Of a DNA stretch of 64,000 nucleotides, positions 56,368-64,000 are shown one piece after another. A program made the position numbers and the translations under genes. The stretch lies in contig CALLKY010000066.1 in assembly GCA_938083135.1 (NCBI GenBank), positions 3,764 to 67,763 on the forward strand, read 5' to 3'. Origin of the DNA: an uncultured Alphaproteobacteria bacterium (GTDB taxonomy: Bacteria; Pseudomonadota; Alphaproteobacteria; Bin95). The notes under the pieces were generated by a model, which saw nothing but the letters and a program-made list of their open reading frames with translations, was not told where the DNA came from and searched no databases. How positions within the stretch are numbered: the first letter of the stretch is position 1; the number at the start of each line of letters is the position of its first letter.

Positions 56368-57297
56368 TCATTCTGCGTTGTAGTCAAGCGCCCAGGGGGC
56401 ATAGCGGTCCGGGTCGTTTGCCCAGTTTTCGCGCACTTTCACGAAGATAAACAAATGCGCCTTCCGTTCCAGCCCCGCCTGCAATTCCACCTGTGCAGCT
56501 TCGCGGATGCTGCGGATACGCGCACCACCCTTGCCGATGATAATCGCGCGCTGGGATTGCCGCTCAATGTAGACAGTCTGCTCAATCCGGATATCGCCGT
56601 TCTCAAATTCTTGCCACTGATCAGTCTCGATGGTCAGCGCATAGGGCAACTCATCGCCAAGCTGGATGAAAGCCTGTTCGCGCGTGATTTCAGCAGCAAA
56701 CAGACGTTCCGCCATGTCCGACATCTGGTCTTCAGGGAAAAGCCACGGACCTTCCGGCGCATCCTTCGCCAGGGTCGCCGCAAGGTCGGTGACACCATCA
56801 TCTTTCAATGCGGAAATCATGAAGGTTTCTGTGAAGGGCAGCCGCGCGTTCAGGCTGGCAGCAAGGTCCAACAGGTTCGAGCGCTTGACCAGATCAATCT
56901 TGTTCAGCACCAGCATCAGCTTGCTTTTGCTGGATTTCAGTCGATCAACCAGCTGATCGAAATTCTTGGGTTGCTTCTTGCTCGCATCATAGATCAGGCA
57001 GGTGACATCTGAATCCTCAGCCCCACTCCATGCGGCGCTGACCATCGCGCGGTCGAGCCTGCGACTTGGGCGAAAAATACCAGGCGTGTCGACGAAGATC
57101 AGCTGTGCATCATCTTCCATCCGGATGCCCATGATCCGCGTGCGTGTGGTCTGCGCTTTAGGGGAAACAATGGCGATCTTTGCGCCCACCAGCGCATTGG
57201 CTAGCGTTGATTTACCAGCGTTTGGCGCGCCGACAAGGGCGATCACGCTGCAACGCTGGCCGTTCCCTGGCTGCATAGAAGTATCGTTTCCGTTCAT
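56368..57297 (-). CDS. era: GTPase Era
   Basis: GAPNAGKST, QTTR, DTPG, NKID, KH-domain IIGKGG; ATGA overlap with rnc. Confidence 0.97.
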   Translation of the reverse strand: MNGNDTSMQPGNGQRCSVIALVGAPNAGKSTLANALVGAKIAIVSPKAQTTRTRIMGIRMEDDAQLIFVDTPGIFRPSRRLDRAMVSAAWSGAEDSDVTCLIYDASKKQPKNFDQLVDRLKSSKSKLMLVLNKIDLVKRSNLLDLAASLNARLPFTETFMISALKDDGVTDLAATLAKDAPEGPWLFPEDQMSDMAERLFAAEITREQAFIQLGDELPYALTIETDQWQEFENGDIRIEQTVYIERQSQRAIIIGKGGARIRSIREAAQVELQAGLERKAHLFIFVKVRENWANDPDRYAPWALDYNAE

Positions 57298-58013
57298 GTT
57301 CCAACGCTTTCTTCGGCGCGCGCCAGGAGCGCCGTCGCCGCCGCAGTTTCCGCAATCCGTTTGGACCGGCCAGAAGCGCGTTCCGCCCCGACTGTGTCCA
57401 ATATAACTTCCACGATAAAGACAGGCTGATGCGCCGGACCTTCCGTGCCAATGACAGTGTAGACTGGAAGCTTCAATGCCCTGGCCTGCGCCCATTCTTG
57501 GAGCGTGGTCTTAGGGTCCTTCGGCGGCGCTTCATAGCGGTTGAGCAATGGTTGCCACCAATGCCGGACGAATTCTGCCGCTGCTTGATAACCGCCATCC
57601 CGGAAGATGGCACCAATTAACGCCTCGACGCCATCCGCAGCAGCGGTTTCCTTTTGTCGTGCATAGGCACGCCCAGACCCGGACGATAGAACCACCGCCT
57701 CGCCGATCTTAATCTCTTTCGCAACATCGATCAGCGCTTCCTTACGGACCAGTGCGACGGACCGCTTAGACAAGGCACCTTCATTATCAGCAGGGAAACA
57801 TTCAAGCAGTAGCTCCGCGATAACCAGGCCGAGCACACGATCGCCCAGGAATTCAAGCCGCTCATACCCAGCGCCCAATTCAGCAGCCGCTTTCACGATC
57901 CCAGCGCTTGGATGCGTTAGCGCACCTTCAAGGAAGTGCTGGTTAGCGAACCGATAGCCAATGCGATCCTGCAGGGCTGCCCGCGGGTTTGGCGCGTCAT
58001 CCATTCTGCTCAA
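57294..58013 (-). CDS. rnc: ribonuclease III
   Basis: YERLEFLGDRVLG; dsRBD DPKTTLQEWAQ. Confidence 0.97.
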   Translation of the reverse strand: MSRMDDAPNPRAALQDRIGYRFANQHFLEGALTHPSAGIVKAAAELGAGYERLEFLGDRVLGLVIAELLLECFPADNEGALSKRSVALVRKEALIDVAKEIKIGEAVVLSSGSGRAYARQKETAAADGVEALIGAIFRDGGYQAAAEFVRHWWQPLLNRYEAPPKDPKTTLQEWAQARALKLPVYTVIGTEGPAHQPVFIVEVILDTVGAERASGRSKRIAETAAATALLARAEESVGT

Positions 58014-58759
58014 GGCCCGATGGACGTAAACATACGATCCCAGCGGAGGCCGAAGTCAAAGTCCATCCAATCGTCGCCTTGCCAATCAATTGACAGGAAC
58101 AGGATATCCGCACGGCCAACCAAGTTTTCCGCTGGCACATACTTCACGGAATAGCGGCTATCGTTGGAATTATCGCGATTATCGCCCATGAAGAAATAGT
58201 GTTCCGCTGGCACCTTAAAGACCTCTGTATTGTCGAGGCTCTGGTTGTCGTCGATCTCCAAAATCTTGTGCTCGACGCCGTTGGGCAGTGTTTCGATGTA
58301 TTGGTTATAGGTCTGGCCGCCAGCTGAAAATTCACCATCAGGTCTACGGTCGGTCATCGCGCCGTTGATATAAAGGCGGCCACCTTTCATCTGCACCGTA
58401 TCGCCGGGCAGGCCGACAAGGCGTTTGATATAATCCGTCCGGGTAATTGTCGTCTCTCCGCCACGCCACTTTTCTTCGATGAACTTGAACACAATGACGT
58501 CGCCACGATCTGGCACGCCATTTGGCACGCGGCCATCGTAGAGATTTGGGCTCATCGGTAGTGAATGCTTGGAATACCCATAGGTCCATTTAGAAACAAA
58601 CAGATGGTCGCCGATCAGCAATGTCGGCTGCATGGACCCTGACGGAATACTGAAAGGTTCGTACACGAAAGATCGGAATATACCCGCCAGGAGCAGCGCC
58701 CAGAACAGTGCGCGCACGTAATCCCACACACTGTCTTTTTTCTCAATCATATCGCTCAA
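58010..58759 (-). CDS. lepB: signal peptidase I
   Basis: IPSGSMQPTL, YIKRLVGLPGD, GDNRDNSNDSR. Confidence 0.97.
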   Translation of the reverse strand: MSDMIEKKDSVWDYVRALFWALLLAGIFRSFVYEPFSIPSGSMQPTLLIGDHLFVSKWTYGYSKHSLPMSPNLYDGRVPNGVPDRGDVIVFKFIEEKWRGGETTITRTDYIKRLVGLPGDTVQMKGGRLYINGAMTDRRPDGEFSAGGQTYNQYIETLPNGVEHKILEIDDNQSLDNTEVFKVPAEHYFFMGDNRDNSNDSRYSVKYVPAENLVGRADILFLSIDWQGDDWMDFDFGLRWDRMFTSIGP

Positions 58760-58785
58760 CGGCGCTGGCCCCAGGTGTTCAAGCG

Positions 58786-59445
58786 TCAGGCCGCAGGGAT
58801 GCGGCGACGAATTTCCGTGAAGACTGCATCAAACATCTCTGTCGTCAGCCGTCCGGTGTTCGTGTTGTAGCGGGAGCAGTGGTAGCTGTCAGCTATCGTC
58901 AGTGCGCCGATCTGATGCATGGCACCATGACCAAACGGATGCGCCGCTAATTTTTCGCCAAGCAAACGCAGCACTGCATCATGGGCGATGCGCCCGAGCG
59001 CCAGGATAATCTGGAGGTTCGGCATCGCCTGCACTTCGGATACCAGGAATGGTCCGCACGTTCGGGCTTCAAGTGGCGTTGGTTTGTTCGCGGGCGGCAA
59101 GCAGCGAACGGCGTTGGCGATACGGCAATCGTGCAGGGTCAGGCCGTCATCCGGCGCGCGTTGGTAGGCACCTTCTGCGAAGCCGAACCGCAGCAGCGTG
59201 TCGTACAGCGTATCGCCTGCGTAATCGCCAGTGAACGGGCGTCCTGTTCGATTGGCCCCCTTCATCCCAGGTGCCAACCCCAGAATAAGCATCCGGGCGT
59301 CCAGCCCACCAAAGGATGGAACCGGCGCGTTATGCCAGTCCGGTTCCTTCGCGCGCAGGTCTTCCCGGAACGCAACGAGGCGTGGGCAGAGCGTGCAATT
59401 ATGGTCCGGTCCGGACCACGCGGTGGCTTCAGCGGCTACAGGCAA
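58786..59445 (-). CDS. uracil-DNA glycosylase, family 5 (UdgB-like, Fe-S)
   Basis: CTLCPRL, GLAPG..GANRTGRPFTGD, VRCLPP, YHCSRYN. Confidence 0.9.
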   Translation of the reverse strand: MPVAAEATAWSGPDHNCTLCPRLVAFREDLRAKEPDWHNAPVPSFGGLDARMLILGLAPGMKGANRTGRPFTGDYAGDTLYDTLLRFGFAEGAYQRAPDDGLTLHDCRIANAVRCLPPANKPTPLEARTCGPFLVSEVQAMPNLQIILALGRIAHDAVLRLLGEKLAAHPFGHGAMHQIGALTIADSYHCSRYNTNTGRLTTEMFDAVFTEIRRRIPAA

Positions 59446-59451
59446 GAGAAA

Positions 59452-60198
59452 TCAGACGTCCTCTTCATCATCAATGAAGCCGCCATCGCGGTAATCGCCA
59501 GGGCCCCGAAGCGGCGGTGGCGCATCATCTTCGTCATCATCACTGGCCTCATCACCGGGGCGCGTGGCACCCGCAACATAGCCCGTTCCACCGGCAGCGG
59601 CAGCAGGCGTCGCACCGCTCCCGGCTGGATCATATCCTGTGGGCGCGGCACCTGGTGGACGCTCTGGTCCACGTTCGGGCATCCGGCGCTCAATATTTGG
59701 GGCAATGACGTGTAGATCCAGGAATTCATCCGCTTGGCGACGCAGTTCATCCGCGATCATTGGTGGGCTCGTGCGGATGGTGCTGACAACCGTCACACGC
59801 ACACCTTTCCGCTGCAGTGCAGCAACCATCGCCCGGAAGTCGCCGTCGCCGCTGATCAAGATCACATGATCCAGGCGGTCCGCCATTTCCAGCGCATCAA
59901 CAGTGATCTCGACATCCATATTGCCGCGAATACGCCGACGGCCCATGGCGTCTACATATTCCTTGGCAGGCTTGGAAACGAGCGTATAGCCATTGTAATC
60001 CAACCAATCCGCCAAGGGACGGACGGGCGAATAATCCTGATCCTCTGCAATGGCCGTATAATAGTAGGCCCGCACCATCCAGCTTCCGGCTTCAAAAAAG
60101 TGGCGAAGCTTGCGGTAATCGATATCGAAGCCCAGGTTTTTCGCGGCCGAATACAGGTTCGAGCCGTCAATAAAAAGTGCGCGCCGTATTTGGTTCAT
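59452..60198 (-). CDS. NYN-domain (LabA/DUF88) protein
   Basis: FIDGSNL, GNMDVE, SGDGDF, ELRRQADEF; acidic disordered tail. Confidence 0.92.
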   Translation of the reverse strand: MNQIRRALFIDGSNLYSAAKNLGFDIDYRKLRHFFEAGSWMVRAYYYTAIAEDQDYSPVRPLADWLDYNGYTLVSKPAKEYVDAMGRRRIRGNMDVEITVDALEMADRLDHVILISGDGDFRAMVAALQRKGVRVTVVSTIRTSPPMIADELRRQADEFLDLHVIAPNIERRMPERGPERPPGAAPTGYDPAGSGATPAAAAGGTGYVAGATRPGDEASDDDEDDAPPPLRGPGDYRDGGFIDDEEDV

Positions 60199-60502
60199 AG
60201 GTACATGTATCCCATATTGGGGTATCGGAACTGAAAGGACTGTCTGTATGTCGTCAGCTTATGGCGTATCAAATAAGACGCTTTTTAGAATGAGCAACCA
60301 AAACCACAAGCCTGCGACACTATCCCTGTGTTGATACCGGAAGGGCCGTTGGTATACAATAGAAGATCAAGCTTGGGGCTTTATGCGTGTTTTCGCTTGG
60401 CCTATTCGGAATTCGGCAATATATCATCTCCTATAGTGTAAGCCCCTGACTGCTTGGGGTTGCAACACTTTTGGCTCTGCGGTTGAGAAGGAACAGATCA
60501 CA

Positions 60503-60898
60503 ATGGCGCGCGTAACGGTAGAAGATTGCGTAGAACGCATTCCCAACCGCTTCGATCTGGTGGTGCTGGCCGGGCAACGCGCCCGTGACATCGCGACCGG
60601 CAGCGAGCTAATGGTTGATCGCGACCGCGACAAGAACCCGGTTGTGGCGCTGCGCGAAATCGCGGATGCCAATCTTGACCTCGTAGAATTGTTCGACGCT
60701 GTCGTGCGCGCCAGCCAGAAAGTCGCGCCAATCGAAGAGAATGACGATTACGCAGATGATAACGACATCGAATCCCCCGAGGATGATGAACTTGATCTCT
60801 CCGCGCTGGCGCGTGAAGCCCAGGAACAGGGTGCACCTGAACCTGTAAATCGCGACCGTCTGGCGGAAGCCTATGACGCTGGTCAGATCGACACCTGA
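60503..60898 (+). CDS. rpoZ: RNA polymerase omega subunit
   Basis: [27 protein letters not shown]. Confidence 0.97.
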   Translation: MARVTVEDCVERIPNRFDLVVLAGQRARDIATGSELMVDRDRDKNPVVALREIADANLDLVELFDAVVRASQKVAPIEENDDYADDNDIESPEDDELDLSALAREAQEQGAPEPVNRDRLAEAYDAGQIDT

Positions 60899-60995
60899 TC
60901 GCACGCGCGCGAATGTGAGTTGATCAGCCCGGTCAGGAGTCCTACGCTAAGCCAAGGACACGAAGCATAGGGTCGAAAGGGCCTGCCGGAACGCC

Positions 60996-63149
60996 ATGAT
61001 CCGCCAGTTCGAACTGGTTGAGAAAGTACGAGAGTACGATCCCAACGTCGATGAAGAGCGGATCAACCGAGCTTACGTGTTTGCCATGCAACGCCATGGC
61101 TCCCAGACCCGCGCATCGGGTGATCCTTATTTTCTGCACCCTCTTGAAGTCGCGTCACTTTTGGCGGATATGCGGCTTGATTCCGGCTCCATCGTCACGG
61201 CCCTGCTGCATGACACGGTTGAGGATACGGACGCGACGCTTGAAGATATTTCCCGGCTTTTTGGCGATGATATTGCCCGGCTCGTAGACGGCGTAACGAA
61301 GCTCACAAAACTCGAGCTACAATCGGACCGGACCAAGCAAGCAGAGAACTTCCGCAAGCTGGTCGTCGCGATGTCTGAGGACATCCGCGTGCTCCTGGTG
61401 AAACTCGCAGACCGACTGCATAACCTGCGCACCCTGAAATATGTGAGGTCCGAGAAAAGCCGACGACGCACCGCGTCCGAAACCTTGGAAATCTACGCAC
61501 CATTGGCGGAACGCATTGGCGTTCAGACCTGGCGGGATGAGCTGGTCGATCTCGCGTTCGCAGAGATCAACCCAGAAGCCCGTGACGGCATCAACACACG
61601 GCTCGAATATCTGCGCAGCAATGGCAAGGAATTGGTCACACAGGTCATTTCTGAGCTGAAACGCATTCTCAGCGACTATAACGTCGAAGCCGAGGTGACG
61701 GGCCGCGAGAAAGCGGCGCATTCCATATGGCTGAAGATGCAGCGCAAAGATGCGCCTTTTGAAGCTTTGACCGACATTATGGCCTTCCGCGTCTCCGTAC
61801 CTGAGATCGCGGACTGTTATCAGGCCTTGGGTGCCATTCACGCTTCCTTCCCTGTCCTGCCTGGACGGTTCAAAGACTTTATCTCAACGCCAAAACCCAA
61901 CGGCTATCAATCGATCCATACGGCTGTAATTGGGCCAGAACAGATGCGGATTGAGGTGCAAATCCGCACCACAGAAATGCATCAGGTTGCTGAATATGGC
62001 GTGGCTGCACATTGGCGCTACAAGCAAGGCGGCGAAGGCCATGGCGGCAGGCAATATGGCTGGATACGCGGTCTCCTGGACATTCTGGACCAAGCGGGTG
62101 GACCGGAAGAATTCCTAGAGCACACCAAGCTGGAGATGTATCAGGACCAAGTCTTCTGCTTCACGCCCAAGGGGGATCTGATTAGCCTGCCAAACGGCGC
62201 GACGATCATTGATTTCGCCTATGCAGTTCATTCTGAGGTCGGTGACAAATGTGTCGGCGCGAAGGTGAACGGGCGCATGGCGCCGGTGCGAACGCGCCTC
62301 AAGAACGGCGATCAGGTGGACATTCTGACGGCGCGCAATCACACGCCCTCCCCTGAATGGGAACGGTTCGTGGTGACAGGACGCGCCCGCGCCAGCATCC
62401 GCCGCATGATCAGGCTAGAGCAGCGCGACCAATTCATCGCCCTTGGCCGTGAGGTCGTCCGCCGCGTTTTAACAAGCGCCGGGCGCACATTCTCAGAACG
62501 CGAACTTGGCCCCGCCCTGGATCGCTTTAAATTGGATGATGTTGAAGACCTCTACTCGAACTTAGGCGAAGGCCTGCATACGGAAGGCGAACTTGCAGCC
62601 GTATTCCAGCCCGTCAAGCCAGAATTCGATGTCGACGAAGCCGCACTTGCACGAGCGAAGCCAATCGCAAGCCCCGCTTCTGCCGATGGTACGCGTCCAA
62701 AAGCACTGACACTCAAGGGCCTTATACCTGGCATGGCCGTTCATTACGCCCGCTGCTGCCACCCTCTGCCAGGAGACCGCATTGTTGGTATCGTCACAAC
62801 GGGCAAGGGTGTTGCCATCCATATGTCCGAGTGCTCAACCCTGGAAGCATTCGGCCACACACCTGAGCGATGGCTGGATGTTGACTGGAATGATGGGTCG
62901 GAGTTGGAAAACCATACCGGGCGGGTGCGGGTCATCCTAGCAAACGAGCCGGGATCACTTGGTGCCATGTCAAATACCATTGGAAAGCACAAAGGTAACA
63001 TTTCCCATTTAAGGTTCGCCAATCGCGCGGCAGACTTTTTTGAATTGATGGTCGATATTGAGGTTGAGAGTTTGGACCACCTCGCCAACATTATAGCTGC
63101 GTTGCGTACGGATAGTCTGATCACGTCGATAGAACGGGAAGGCGCTTAA
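60996..63149 (+). CDS. spoT: bifunctional (p)ppGpp synthetase/hydrolase (Rsh)
   Basis: HD motif LLHDTVEDT, synthetase GYQSIHT/EVQIRT, TGS DFAYAVHS, CCHPLPGD, ACT domain. Confidence 0.97.
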   Translation: MIRQFELVEKVREYDPNVDEERINRAYVFAMQRHGSQTRASGDPYFLHPLEVASLLADMRLDSGSIVTALLHDTVEDTDATLEDISRLFGDDIARLVDGVTKLTKLELQSDRTKQAENFRKLVVAMSEDIRVLLVKLADRLHNLRTLKYVRSEKSRRRTASETLEIYAPLAERIGVQTWRDELVDLAFAEINPEARDGINTRLEYLRSNGKELVTQVISELKRILSDYNVEAEVTGREKAAHSIWLKMQRKDAPFEALTDIMAFRVSVPEIADCYQALGAIHASFPVLPGRFKDFISTPKPNGYQSIHTAVIGPEQMRIEVQIRTTEMHQVAEYGVAAHWRYKQGGEGHGGRQYGWIRGLLDILDQAGGPEEFLEHTKLEMYQDQVFCFTPKGDLISLPNGATIIDFAYAVHSEVGDKCVGAKVNGRMAPVRTRLKNGDQVDILTARNHTPSPEWERFVVTGRARASIRRMIRLEQRDQFIALGREVVRRVLTSAGRTFSERELGPALDRFKLDDVEDLYSNLGEGLHTEGELAAVFQPVKPEFDVDEAALARAKPIASPASADGTRPKALTLKGLIPGMAVHYARCCHPLPGDRIVGIVTTGKGVAIHMSECSTLEAFGHTPERWLDVDWNDGSELENHTGRVRVILANEPGSLGAMSNTIGKHKGNISHLRFANRAADFFELMVDIEVESLDHLANIIAALRTDSLITSIEREGA

Positions 63150-63155
63150 CGGAGC

Positions 63156-63779
63156 ATGTTTGGCAGACGGAAGCCGCAAGGAACAACGGATAAAGTGCGT
63201 GCATGGCTATGGCCGCGCGGCGGATTTAAGCGCGTCCTGCGATATCTATGGCGGCGTGTCGCCCGTATCCGCGCAACGCCACATGGAATCGCAGCCGGTT
63301 TCGCTGCAGGTGCCGCTGTCAGCTTCCTGCCACTCCTTGGACTGCACTTTGTACTTGGCGCTGCTTTAGCGCTAGCCACCCGAGCCAGCGTCATTGCTGC
63401 GATCCTGGGCACGGCAGTGGGTAATCCGTGGACGTTCCCGTTCATCTGGCTCGGCTCCTACAAGCTTGGTCACGCCATCGGAATTGGCAAAGACGGCGTG
63501 GCCGACAGCAGCATCGGCCAGAGCCTGAAAACAGCAGCAGATGATTTGTTGAGCGGTCATTTCCGCGATGCCGCGATTGAAAGCTGGCCAGTTCTGGCCC
63601 CAGCATTGGTCGGCGGTGCCATTATGGCAGCAGTGGTATGGGCGCTGCTATATTTCACAATTCGTCCCGTCGTCGACCGATACCAGACGCGGCGCAGCCT
63701 AAACATGGCGGCAGGCCGTGCACGTTGGCGGCGCCCGAAGCCACCTGCGAAAGAAGCTTCAGGGGAGCTACCCGGATGA
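63156..63779 (+). CDS. DUF2062 membrane protein
   Basis: [24 protein letters not shown]. Confidence 0.85.
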   Translation: MFGRRKPQGTTDKVRAWLWPRGGFKRVLRYLWRRVARIRATPHGIAAGFAAGAAVSFLPLLGLHFVLGAALALATRASVIAAILGTAVGNPWTFPFIWLGSYKLGHAIGIGKDGVADSSIGQSLKTAADDLLSGHFRDAAIESWPVLAPALVGGAIMAAVVWALLYFTIRPVVDRYQTRRSLNMAAGRARWRRPKPPAKEASGELPG

Positions 63780-64000
63780 CTGGAACAGCCTTACGCCTCG
63801 GCGTGAATATCGACCATGTGGCGACTGTGCGAAACGCGCGCGGCGGCGACTACCCCTCCCCGCTGCGCGCCGCGCAGATGGCCGCCGAAGCTGGTGCAGA
63901 CGGGATCACAGCTCATTTGCGCGAGGACCGCCGGCATATCCAGGACGCAGACATCCCCCTGCTGCGTCATGAGGTGCCATTACCGCTGAACTTTGAAATG
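63776..64000 (+). CDS. pdxJ: pyridoxine 5'-phosphate synthase, truncated by the window end
   Basis: Not in the ORF track; hand translation [24 protein letters not shown]...[16 protein letters not shown]...LNFEM. Confidence 0.95.
   Translation, partial: MTGTALRLGVNIDHVATVRNARGGDYPSPLRAAQMAAEAGADGITAHLREDRRHIQDADIPLLRHEVPLPLNFEM

Noticed and set aside
1-64000. CRISPR arrays, tRNA/rRNA, IS elements, integrases, prophage or anti-phage defence genes
   Set aside because: None recognisable by eye; the NYN, UDG and cyclase genes sit in housekeeping-type contexts, not a defence island.

Overview
GC-rich chromosomal window that gene content and order place in the Alphaproteobacteria. It holds about 65 CDSs; I saw no rRNA, tRNA, CRISPR array, IS or phage genes. 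Core genes are fabD, kdgK/eda, rpmI-rplT-pheS-pheT, lepB-rnc-era-recO-parC and rpoZ-rsh-pdxJ, mixed with catabolic enzymes, a TAXI-TRAP transporter, molybdoenzyme (Cox/Xdh) maturation genes and two RTX proteins. The most striking locus is 4.9-12.0 kb. Four type IV prepilins, a PilZ protein and a prepilin peptidase face a convergent operon encoding a secretin with type III secretion (SctC/YscC-like) signatures, a possible degenerate pilin and a lipoprotein. No T3SS export genes or pilus motor are present in the window, and a CtrA-like box lies just upstream of the secretin. Other highlights: a cobalamin riboswitch over a 67-aa HupE/UreJ-like mini-protein, a TPR-sulfotransferase-like gene interrupted by one in-frame TAG, a roughly 10-stranded mini-porin, a structured rpmI leader, two F420-type LLM oxidoreductases, several orphaned operon halves and an apparent inversion next to lepB. 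All family calls come from motif recognition by eye; no database searches were run.
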